A program made the position numbers and the translations under genes. Shown in pieces: positions 52,287 through 64,000 of a stretch of DNA of 64,000 bases. Location of the stretch: the NCBI GenBank assembly GCA_013239625.1, contig MU054187.1, positions 6,583,757 through 6,647,756 of the forward strand, read 5' to 3'. The DNA comes from Lama guanicoe (lineage: Eukaryota). The number at the start of each line of letters is the position of its first letter. Within the stretch, counting starts at the first letter, position 1. The notes below the pieces were generated by a model. The model ran no database searches. It was not told the origin of the DNA and saw nothing but the letters and a program-made list of their open reading frames with translations.

Positions 52287-55200
52287 GGTATTTTAGAAGA
52301 GGATAGGACAATGTCAGTTTGAAACTTAGGCATATCAGCTATTTAAACAACAATCAGAAAATTACAAGCCACCAAGATAAAGAATGAATTGAGAATGAGA
52401 ATAGCCTGCTTTATAAAGAAGGTCTGGTCCAAAAAGTGTCAATGGACAACAAAGGAAGAGAAGGACACAGGGTCATGGGTGAGACCATCGCCCTTGAAGA
52501 TCTGATAGAGAGCACCAATATTTATTGCTTATTCTATTTTAGTTTTTCATATTCAGCAACTTAGAAGACAAAATGGCAGAACACTGGTCACAACTCAATT
52601 AGTAAGTTCCTGGACGGCAAAGTTCGGCTGATTTTAGTGGAACAGAAAACCTTCACTAAGCAGCTTGCTTTTATGTTCGGAGTCACTGCTTAATGCCTTA
52701 TCAAATTATTTGCTGGCAATAATAGTTGACTTTACTGATCACTTACTCTGCTAGACATGTGCAATTCAGCCAGACTGCATGAAGCGCCACCAGCAGGAGC
52801 CAAGACTGGAGCCAGGTAGGAGGTCGATGCCAGTGTCTATGCTGTGGACCATTTTGCTGTACCCCTGGCATCTGGCCCAGAAGTTAAAAAACATGGGGTT
52901 CCTAAGTGCTCAGAGAGTGATGACAGAGTGGAATTAAGTATTAGTTTAAGTATTGTGTTGTGTAAGGAAGTCGCTGAACTTTGTGCTACTTGACTCAGAG
53001 GATAAATGTCATTAAATAATCACGGCGATTTCCCTTCATTTTGTGTCTCAGAAGACTCAGCGTTCACACATTACACAGAGATTCCTGGCTTCGCAGGAAG
53101 GTCACAGGGTCTGGAGTCTGGAGGAGGCCAGGGTGTGAGCCTCAGTTCTGCCTTTCTTAGGCGACTTGCTTAATCTCACTTCATGAAATGGGAATAATGT
53201 CTGGCCCTCACCTCCCAACCATAAAGAAGCATAAAATACCATATAAATGTTCATCATGACTTCCATCTTTAATATCTTGTTTTCACTTACTTTAAAATTC
53301 TGTTCTTTAATTAAATCAGAGATGCATATGACCTATCTTCTCAGTAAATGAGGGATTAATTTTTTTTTTTAAAGATACCAGATTTGGTCAATGGTCAAAC
53401 ATTTCCTGGCAGAGATGTTGGGCAACCAATAAATTGACCAAACAATTCCTGCATCTAGTTTATATCTCCTGGGTCAACAAAGACCTTAGGAGCCACAGAG
53501 CCGCTCTGAACTTCCCTTGCTCCCTGAGGCCTTCTATGTGTTTCAAGCAGGACCACATAAAATCTGAAGGACTGCCCTCTGCTACAGGTGAGTTGGATGA
53601 AAAATAATTTAAAAAGCAAAATGATTTAAGGGAAGGAAAAGTAAGACCAAAATAAGACACAAGAAAAATGTCCTCCATCTCTGAGGTGCAGCCCGAAGCT
53701 GAAATAATCAGGCGATGCTTTACTGCAGTATTATTCACGGTAAATAGCAGTTAACCCAAGACAGACCCCACTACGTGTTTTAATCTTCCTATGTAAGAAC
53801 TGGAAGTTAATTTTGCTTTTCTCTTTAAAATCAATGGTAGATTTCAATGTCAGAAAAAAAATCTCTGAAGTTGTCTGGCAGTGAGGAAATCTATAAATTA
53901 AGGCAAATGAGAAAAAAAGAAATGGGAAACAAAAGAGCAAAACATTCAAGACGTCAAGAATCCAGTATGAGGATTTTTGATGAAATTCCTCCTGCCGGGT
54001 ACAGGGAAGGCCAGCCCCTCTCGACCAGCGCTCCCCCAGCACACAGGCCACGGGGGTGGGTGTGAGCCCTCAGTTCTTTCTCCCTTTCATTTAAAAGTGG
54101 GAACTGTGCAAGGTATTCTATTGCCACACTTCACACTGGGGTCTGAACTAAATCTGCTACCACATCGAGAGAGGGGCATGTTATTCACTGTTGAGAAACC
54201 CCATCCGCAGCCAGCCATAGGGGTGCTCCTGGCCGGAGTCTTTGTACTATCTCTGTGAAAAAGGAAAAATTAGTATGTCTGATCCAAAAAGGACCCCTTC
54301 TGAGCCCACTTCCTCTAATGCTATCTTCCTCCCAGGTACACAGGACGGGGAGAAGAGGTAAATCCTGGCAACTCTGGGGGACCGTCTTCCCTGCCAGCCT
54401 TCCCTGAAGCCTGGAGGGAAGAGGGGAGGGGCACCTTCCTTCACCTCCTACAGCAAAGGAATAATGCACTTCTCTTCTCCTAAGAATTAAGTATCAGCTA
54501 CACGCCAGCAGGAGTTCAACGTTCAAAGCTGAAACCGAACAGTTAACATAAATGTTTTTCAGCGGAGAGACAAAGCTACTACAACTCAGTAAACATTAGA
54601 TAAAGGGCAATTGTTTTCATCTGCTCCTCTATTGAAATAATGTGGGATTCTGCTGGGAGCAGTCAGTGACTCCAGCAAGTATTCCAGTTTATTAAATGTA
54701 GTCTGCTTTCTCCCCACAGGGTTATTTTAATAAATTATACATCACTCCCCTTCTAGAGTAATAATCCTTTAACAGATGTGACCCCATATGTTAAATTAGA
54801 AATTTCAGAGACGCTAAGTGATGTGTTTTCTATACATAACGGAAACCCCTTCAGTGCCAAGGCAGTCCACAGGCTTACCAGCAGCTGCTTCAGACATGAT
54901 GAATTTCATCTCCATGTTCGCTGTTCCATAAAAGAACAGCCACCTTCCCCAGTTTTACCTTAGATACAATTCTAACAGTTTCTATCTTCTCGTTCTAGAG
55001 ACTAGAGCCTTTAGCTGATCACAAGTCAATTAGAAAGAGGAAGTGAGTGTTGCTTGAATCAGACATACACTCAGCAGCAGGAAGTAAAAGCCAACAGATT
55101 AAAGGAAGAAAGACAGAAGAACCGTCAGAAATGAACCCAGGTCAAACAGCACTGCATTATGGGTCAAACTGTGCAGAGGTCAACAGTGCTATGTTCTCAA

Positions 55201-56479
55201 CAGCTCCGAAAGGTTTCCCTGCACAATAACTGATGCTCATTAAAATGGGCACGACAGTCTCCAACCACCAATAAAAGGTACGGTGTGTGTGCAACATACA
55301 ATTTAAAAAGGCAGAGAGGTGTAAAAAGTATTTCAGAAAAATATCTACCAAGTTTTGTTTATTTTGTTTAAATGGTGCTTAAAGGTAAAGTCATCTTGAA
55401 ATATTTGTTTCTATAAAATGTTGATTGCCCAGGAATGTCAAATAAAACAGTATTTTTAAGCCTGGATGCACATCAGTATCACCAGGAGAACGTGAAACAA
55501 AATAGAGATTTCCAAGCACCACCGAATGAGAATCATGAAGGAGGTGGAGGGAAGCAACAAGAACCTCTACTACAAAGAGAAAAACAAAAAATAATAAATA
55601 TAGGTAACCCTGCCATGCAACACCTCAGATAGATCTAAAGATTCGTATATGTTATACATGTGAATAACTTTGGTATTTGTAAGCTTAGTTTCTAACACTG
55701 CCTTAATTTTTACTTGGCTGTTCAAATGTCAAATGTCAAGGATCTATATGTTTGATTGATGTTTGCCAGCACTGATACTGGCAGCTGGCTTTGATGATTA
55801 CATCTTTTAAGTCGTCACGGGAGGGCAATGGGAAAAGTTTTCAATTAGCAATAAGCACACCTCAGATAAACCTCTCTGGCTATGATACGCCCACTGCACA
55901 AAGCTTGATCATTGTATCGTTTAAGATGGAAGTTACATCTGGCTCATATTTTTTTAGACAGCATCAGAGATTTCACCAAACCCACGTGGAAAGCTTTCAG
56001 TGCAATCTGATGATGGCAATGAAAGAAATCCCAAGAGTGCCTTTGGAGTTTCTCTCTGTGCCAAAAATGAAAACCTGATATTACTGAAAGTATTAGTCTT
56101 GGTTTAGGGGTAGTGGGAGACAGTAAGGCGACCACAAACTTTCAACAAGCAACCCAGCTGTAAAGATCTGGATCTCTGCGGAATGAGAAATAGTTGGGTT
56201 TATTCAGGCAATAGCAGGATGATAAAGTGACAGATAAACAATTTCTGATATTTTAACAAGTAGAAAATGCATGTTTAAATGCCAGATTTTCATTACAGAC
56301 AAGGGTGAATATGGATCAGTAACAGAGACATAAACCTATAATTCAATATACTGAAAGATAAAGCTATTGCCCTTCTGAAATAGATGTAGTGGAAATAACA
56401 ATAATGAAGAAAGGGATGTTATTTTCAAATACTAAGGTTGAAAGCAAACTTTCAAAACAAAATCGGATTTCTAAATATT

Positions 56480-58078
56480 TCCATATCATACATGAAACAG
56501 CGGTTTACAAGACACTGCACATCAGATAATGAAGGGCAGTGATCCCTGAGAGACAGAATCAAATTTTTCAAAACCAGTGATAAAATGGCAACTCTAAACG
56601 TCGACAGAATAGACAGTAACACACAAGGTAACAAAAAAAGGATGATAAGATTTCTTATTAGAAAAAAAAAATAGAAGACAGTGAAGCAGTATTTTTAAAG
56701 TATGAACAGAAAAAAAAAATAAAAGTCAACTGAGAATTCTATACCCAGCAAAAATATCCCTTGAAACAAAAGCTTTTCAGACATACAAAAGCTGAAAGGA
56801 TTCATCACCAGCTGGCTTACGCTACAAGATATATTACATGACATCCTTCAGGCAGAAGGAAATGATAATCATGGGGAATATGGATTTATACACAAAAACT
56901 GAAAGGGCTGGAAACAGTAACTGCATGGGTCAATGCGTTTTCTTCCTTGTTATTTAAAACTCTTTAAGAGCTAATTAAATAAAATAATTGTTTAAAAAAA
57001 ATAATAAGCATGTAGTGCAGGCTTTGGAGCATACTTAAAAGTAAAATGTATGACAAGAGTAACACAAAGTCAGAGAAAGAAGAAAGTATATTCCTTTAAG
57101 GTTCTATATAGTGTATGTGAAGTAATAAAATATCACTTGAAGGCAGACTGCAGTAAGTTAAGAATGTATTCTATAAACCTTAAAACAACCACTAAAGAAA
57201 ACAAAGAATTATAGCTAATAATCCAACAAAGGAGATAAATGGAGTCAGAAAAATTATTTGATTACTCCAAGAGAAGGCAGAGAAAGGGGAAAAAAATGGA
57301 AGAGATTTGACAAGTAGAAAACCTACAGTAAGCTGATAGGTTTAAACCTAACCATATCAACAACCACATTAAATATGAATACCTCAGTTAAAAGCAGAAT
57401 TTCAGCTTGGATGAAAAAGTAAGACCCAACTATACCCTGACTCCAAAAAACGCAGTTTAAATATAAAGACACAAATAAGTTAGAAACAAACGGAAGGAAA
57501 TTGGCATGATGTTCCAATATATCAAAAGAAAGCTGAAGTGCCCATATTAACGTCAAATAGATTTCAGTCCAAAGGATATTATCCATGGTAAAGGTTATTT
57601 CATAATGATAAAGGAGTCAACTCATTAGGGGAACATAATAATCTAAATGTTTATGCATCTAGTAACCAAGCTTTAAAACGCATGAACCAGAAACCAGCAG
57701 AACTGTAAAGGGAATTAAAAAATCTGCAAATTCATCAGAGATTTTGTTACTGTTCACCCAACAATTGACAGAAGAAGTAGGAAGCGTATCAGCAGGCTAA
57801 AGATCTGAACAAGAGCGTAAACCAAGCTGACCTAACAGTCATTTCTAGAACACTCCCCCCACGACAGCAAAATAGACATTGTTGCAAGTGCACACAAAAT
57901 AGACATTGTTGCAAATAAAGCTTAAATGAAGCTTTCTTTAAGCTTAAGCTTCCACCTTAAAAGCTAGAAAAAGAAGAGCAAATTAAACGTAAAGCAGTAG
58001 AATAAAGCAAACAACGAAGATCAGAGCAAATATCAACAGTTTAGAAAGCAGAAAAGTAATGAAGTTAATGAAATTAAA
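56480..58078 (+). mobile_element. Old L1M segment (ORF1 end, inter-ORF region, ORF2 endonuclease remnant)
   Basis: gagaattctatacccagcaaaaatatcc, aagctgaaaggattcatcaccagc, aagacccaactatac, catttctagaacactcc; heavily frameshifted. Confidence 0.8.
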
Positions 58079-61000
58079 GATAACGAAGGACAGTGATCCC
58101 TGAGAGACAGAATCAGATTTTTCTAAACCAGTGATAAGACGAGAACTCTAAATGTGGACAGAACAGACAGGAACACACAAGGAAACAAAAATAAGGATGA
58201 TAACAGATTTATTAGAAATTGAAAATTATGAGGCAAAGCAAGAATTATAAAATACTTTGGAAACACAAAGAAATGAGGCAGTAATACTTCTAATAGGGAT
58301 CACAAGGTAAGGATTAAGGAAGAATTTGGTGTTTAGCCGAGTCTTGAAGCACAGATTTAACTTGGGATGAGGCAGAAGCAGAGAAAAATCTTCCACATGT
58401 AGAGGGAAATATCGAGGTGGAAACGTGAAAGACACAAGTTCAGGGATCTGTGGAAAGTTGGATGGACTTTCACCAGATTCTGGTTCAGGAATCCTGGGGG
58501 TCAAGGCTACGTAGATGGCTTGGAGTCCGATTAAGAAGTTTCTTGAAAAGTAGCCTGAGGAATTCAGACCCTGTTCCACAATCAGTGGTTACTGATGGTT
58601 TTGATGAGTGACCATAAATAACCTGTGTTTTAGGACATTTCTCTTGTCGTCAATGCACTTAAGTGGACAGGCAGAGGGGGAGAAGTGGACGTGACTACAA
58701 CAGTCAAAAAAGAAGCTGTGGCAGGGCTGAGGCCAGGGCAGTGAAGGGAGAGGGTCAAAGTCCCAGCTAAATTCAATGGTTAAATTTTAGGGGAAAAGAA
58801 GAGTTGAAAATAAAACTCCTAGAAATAATTAAACCTGAAAATACCAAAGAAAAAAAAAGCTGCGATTTCTCACGAGAAACAGTTACATTCAGACAACTCT
58901 GTCTCCACTTGAATAAAAATGCATCTGTTAATTTCACTGTGTTTCTAGATTATCATGTTTTTTTAAACATAGTGCACTACTGAGCACACTGTCACTCAGA
59001 GAGGAGGTGGTGACATTCTGAAACATCACAGATTACTGTCAGCCTGAGAGATAGGGTATCTGTTGTGATTCTTTTTATGAATAATATGCGGTTTATTTTT
59101 GTGCAGCAGCACACCACATGTTTTGGTTTTTAACAGATGGCAAACTGTTTTTACCAGGGTTTTAAACTTGCACACTGGGAATGAAAACTATTTATACAGT
59201 AAACACTTTTAGCTGATCCTATCTTTGGACGCGTTTAATTAAAGAATGAGCTACCAATAGCACAATCAGGCGGACACATGGGAGGAAAGCAGGAACTTGC
59301 TTCCTTGCTGAATGCATTATTTTACCCCAGCAATTTAAAGCACACATGGACATTAATGGTGCGATTGAGTTTTCTAATAAATCCCTTAAGAAGTTAGAGT
59401 TTTTAGTTAGCTGTTTTCCGTAACGGTGTTAATAAAGCTTTAACACCCGAGGCAGAAGGTAAGCAAAACTTCCTCTTTAATGAGATGCCACTGCAAGCAT
59501 CCCTCAGGTAGCTCTCCAGGATTCCCACACCTTTCTCAGTTTGCCGATGTTCATTTTCCACATGTAAACACTTTCTAGAGGGACATTCCTGGAGAATCAC
59601 TATTCTTCTCTTGTACTTAAGACATTAAATATATTGGGATGTCGTGCAGATGAAGTTTATCGAATTCATCAAGAGCCTCTTAGAAAAGGTACAGATACAA
59701 ATAAACAGTATTAAACAGCACCTGGACTTGGGGATCGCATCCATTTTATTATATAAAATAGCAATGGGGGAAAGTAATGATAATGGTTACTCCGATTTGT
59801 ATAGCATGACACCAGGGACAAAGTGAAATGGTCACCCAACTTACTGAAAGCTGCAGGAGGGCAGGCAGAATCACCTCCACATTTCACACGTGGAGAAAGA
59901 AAAGGTCCAAGAGTCTCAGAGACGTATTCAAGATCAAACGGCAAGTACGAAGTTCAAGATCAAATGGCAATTAGAATTGATGGAGCTGAGACAAAAACCC
60001 CTGGAAAAGGACCTGTTTCACTGCATCGCAAAAATTCTCTAGTTCTGATCAAGTGACTTCATGCTAGTAAGAGGAATTTAAATATCTACCAGGAAAATGT
60101 TCATGGAAAGAAAGAAAGAAAAGAAAAAAAGATAGCTACTTTCAAGGCTGATGCAGGCTGAATAATACTCCCAAATCTCCAAACTTCCTGTAGTGTTATG
60201 GGTTTCAACCGCCAAACACCACATTCAGCCACAGACTTTAAGACCCAAATAGATCAAATCGTGTAGTCAGTCTAAGATGACTGACCGAGAGTGGAAACAC
60301 CCTGTGCATACTTCCGTTACTCCAGTGCTGGTGCACTAAGTATGTTTTTGATACAATGAATCTAAAAGGCAATTTTAAAATGTTCCTCCTTTTTTCTTTC
60401 TTTCTAACAAGTCCCTTCCCTCGTGTTTTATAATCATACGGAAATAGTACAGCAAGTGCGCTGTTGAGATATTATACTTCTCAGGGCGTAAAAGACAGCC
60501 TGCACCTGGCCTCCCTCCCTGCCAGGCACAGAGGCACGCAATTAATGGCAGGACAGCACACGCCCTGCTGGGTCTTATGCTGCCCGAGTCTCTGTCTGCG
60601 AGTGCCATGGAAAAATACACTGCAGAGAAACGCACACAGGGTTCACGGCAGCAGTTTAAAAAGCAAGATGCTGTATGAATCATAGTGGCAAGGCTCAGGA
60701 ATAAAAAGCTCTCCCAAGTTCATTGGTTTTATGTAGAAGCTATAATTAATGCTCCTTGCATCCTATGACTGGCTGAATGACATTCGTAATGACATCAATA
60801 ATACGGTGGTATCAACGCACAAAGAAGTCAGTGATCCTTGGGGAGAGGAACAAACTCCAATGACGCATAAAAATCAAAGTTATTAACTGAAACACACAAG
60901 TCTTGGCTTTTATGTAAAGGATATCGATTAAAGGCACCATGCTGTGTAAACCAATTCCATCCACCTTTATTTTGAATTTGGTTTTGAGTGTTTTGCACAA

Positions 61001-64000
61001 TTTGAGTGGAGTTGGTATTATACAATCATGGTAGCTAATTGGCCCCAAAGGCTCCAGATAAAGAATATGTACATAGTCCTAGAAGTGGGCCCTAATCTAT
61101 TATGCGAAACAGGAAAGGAACAAATAAAAACTACTATCAAAGGTATTGAAGAATCAAAGGAGAGAAATTGTAAAAAAAAAATCACTGGATATTAAAAAAA
61201 GGAAAAAATTATGACAATTTTCCCCCAAAGTGGTAGTGTCAAGAGTTTCAAGACAGGATTTTTAATCAACTTAAACTGTTTCATAGAGCACGTTCCCATG
61301 ATACCCTAGTAACACTGCTCTTGCAGTGAAGACGAGCTGGCTGTGCACAGAAACACCTATGACTTGTTTTTCTTATCAACCCATCATTCCTGCCATTAAT
61401 TAGGTACCTGAATTCACAGGTCTGTGCAAAGAGAATTGCACTGACAGATACAACCGTTGCTCACTAATTGAGGACCGGCACAAATGTCACCCCTCCATGA
61501 AGACTTGAGCTTGACTGACATGGTGTTAGGGATGAGTAAATAGACCGGCTTCTCAGGCAGAACGTAATAAAAATCTCCCGAATCAAAACAGAGAGGATTT
61601 GATTTATTTTCACTGCTACTAATACTTTCTATTGTCAACACATACTTGATTTTTTAATGAAAAACATAAACACATGGCAAGAATTACTGCTGTAAATGTC
61701 AGTACCATCTACCATTATATCAGAAGAATGAAAAATGCCACGGGGAAGAGCTCTGTAATCAGAGATAATTTTCAGTAATGCATTTTCAAACTAATCCACT
61801 TTCCACTTGTTGAAATAAATGAACATATTCAACTACCAACAGCACTGTCTTTTTATGGCACATTTTTGGAAATTTTCAGCTAGCTTGGGCATATGTGGCT
61901 AATGTACTCTTTAATTTGCTTCAGCGTACAAATAGACAACATGTTAAGACAGAATAAAGTGGATTATTCTGCTTTGAAGACAGGGTCACATTTCCCATCA
62001 ATTAAAAGAAAATTTAGATCCTAATGATAATTTCAAAACACACTAATATCTGAGTCTTTTTCTTAAAAAACCTATTTAACTTCCCTGTTCACGCTGTCAC
62101 AATCATTAGAGAACTTACAGTTGTGAAATGTTGAATGCTCAACGGGAAACTTTAGAATGGAATTTTAATGATAACAAAGAATTTGCTATTATTGTCCTGT
62201 GGTGTATTTGACTGAAGATGCACACTGGTGGACACAGGTGCCCTGAATTATCACTCAAACTTCAGTAAAGTTAAAAATCACGAAGTGAAAAATAAAAACA
62301 AAGCACATGTGTATTTCAACACAACTACAAACCTTTACTACACTTGATGAGATTGGTAATGTATGCTGAGCTTATTTAAATCGCTGAAATTGGTGTAATT
62401 AAACTTCTCTCTAAATCAGACTTGTATAAGAGTCAGAAATCTCCTATAATTAACTTATCTGTAGAAGTAATCAGACAATAACTGCTGGTGTATTTTAGGA
62501 CCCACTACAAATACTGCCGCTGTTGGATGTAATGACTGTAATAAATCTGCAACAGCAGTTATCTCATAACCTCTTTTCACAGCTGCAAGGGTGGGAGGGA
62601 GATTGGTTTTTTCAAAGCTCTTCCCCAAGTTGGTTTAAGTGTGCCCTTGCTACGTTGCTCTTCTACAATATGGGAAAATTACAAAGCCATAGTAGGGTGG
62701 CCTGAACTGAACCACGAGCCTACATCCAAGCGGGCTCTTGTTACTAATAATGAAAAATATATAGTGTTTTACTGCTGAAGACGATGAACCAAAGCCTCCA
62801 ATGGGCAGCTAAAAGATGAAGATCTACATACACGGGCCATGCAGGAATTAAGTTCAAGGCAGTGATGACCTGGCCAAGCCCATGAGCACCAAAGGAAACG
62901 ACCCTCAGAGACCAAATAATTGAAGCTTGATCACAGGTGCCACCATAGCCACATACTACTGTTCTTATCTCAATAAGATAATGAATAAACTGTTTGAGTG
63001 AAGTACCATGCTTTACCCTTCCCAAGCCAAAGCCATTTGTCCAATGTTTTTGTACATATTTTATTATTTTATAATAGAAAAACATATGAAAACAAGGAAA
63101 TATTGTTAAACCTGTTCAAAGGATCAAAAAAGACCGGAGAACACCATTCTCTTATGTATTCACTCATACATTCATTTATTCCAACCATTTATGCACCTGT
63201 AAGGCACTGTACATGAAGTTAACAGATTTAAAACCAATTGGAAAGATGTTTTGATAATACAAAACCCAACAAGGGGTTAATGTCAGCAATACAAATAAGG
63301 CCACTGAAAATCAACAAGAAAAATTTTTAAAAATATGAATGGGCGGCTCACAGTAAGGGAATCCAGAACGGCTTACAAATGTGAGACAGCCACCTTCTCC
63401 AGTATTCAGAGTGTTAGTATTCGTATGAAGTATCACTGAAACATTAAAACAGCTATTTGAAGGCACTGGAAAATGACCAAAGACAGGCAGAAACTGAAAA
63501 ATCGAAGAGTTTATTCTTGAAAGACTCTCTCCACATTGGGTAAGAATGGTGAGTTTGCAGTTTTCTTGCATGGGGTACTCACCAACCACCCCAAGTCAGA
63601 AAGTGATCTTACCAAAAGGAGCAGATGACATCATTCAGAGCAACAGAGTAGACAGAAATTTAAAGGAGAAATTTTGGAAGCAGGAGAGCCACAAAAGGGC
63701 TGAGATCTTGCTAGTAAACTCTGCTCAAACCCCTGGCTGACTGATAAGTTTCCGTCTCCATGGGTAGCCCCAGGGAGGCTGGTAAAAAAGCAAGCAGAAA
63801 CTCGAAGAGGATGGATTTGTTAAACATGACTGCAAAACAACCTCCAAACTTAGCAACTTACAACAACCGTAAACGTTTATTATCTTAGACACGTTCCTTG
63901 CTACACAGACCTGCCGGAAGGGCTGCTGTGTATTCTCGTAACAGGGCAGCTGGCTTCCCCCAGAGCACGTATCCAAAGGAGAGCAATGTCCCTTATGCCC

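Larger units (their letters stand above)
1..64000 (-). other. ASPH: ASPH gene body (partial): exons equivalent to human 15-24 plus introns; gene continues beyond both ends of the window
   Basis: Ten minus-strand exons of 86, 87, 151, 137, 99, 90, 138, 136, 92 and 134 nt (sum 1150) splice in frame into a peptide I recognise as ASPH. The first begins mid-codon after an AG acceptor and the last ends mid-codon before a GT donor, so further exons are needed on both sides; none was found in the window. Confidence 0.95.

Noticed and set aside
56480..58078. Intact L1 ORF2 or active element
   Set aside because: Many stops, frameshifts and an internal deletion; no corresponding plus-strand ORF in the track.
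1..64000. A novel multi-gene system, CRISPR array, operon or prokaryote-type locus
   Set aside because: The window is eukaryotic intron/exon sequence accounted for by ASPH and repeats. I saw no repeat-spacer array and no long unexplained ORF.
48594..64000. Upstream ASPH, junctate or junctin exons
   Set aside because: No acidic junctate-like or Lys/Glu-rich junctin-like exon recognised; a short exon could have been missed.

Overview
Mammalian genomic DNA, most likely a camelid judging from its LINE-1 3' ends and the absence of recognisable ruminant or pig SINEs. The window appears to lie entirely inside ASPH (aspartyl/asparaginyl beta-hydroxylase) on the minus strand. Ten consecutive coding exons (equivalent to human exons 15-24, 1150 nt) were mapped by hand. 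All have GT-AG splice sites and join into one open frame covering the TPR domain and most of the 2-oxoglutarate/Fe(II) oxygenase domain. The terminal exon and the upstream junctate-like exons were not found and presumably lie outside the window. The rest is intron, filled with L1, L2, MIR, MaLR/ERV LTRs, DNA transposons and microsatellites. I found no evidence of a new biological system. The most notable structures are: a 565/563-bp tandem duplication with all its divergence in the first third; a retroposed mRNA 3' end inside an MLT1 LTR; a decayed 7SK copy; an L1 with an inverted duplicated segment; a poly(A)-only insertion; and an L1 nested in Tigger1. Repeat family names and human residue numbers come from memory, not from database searches.
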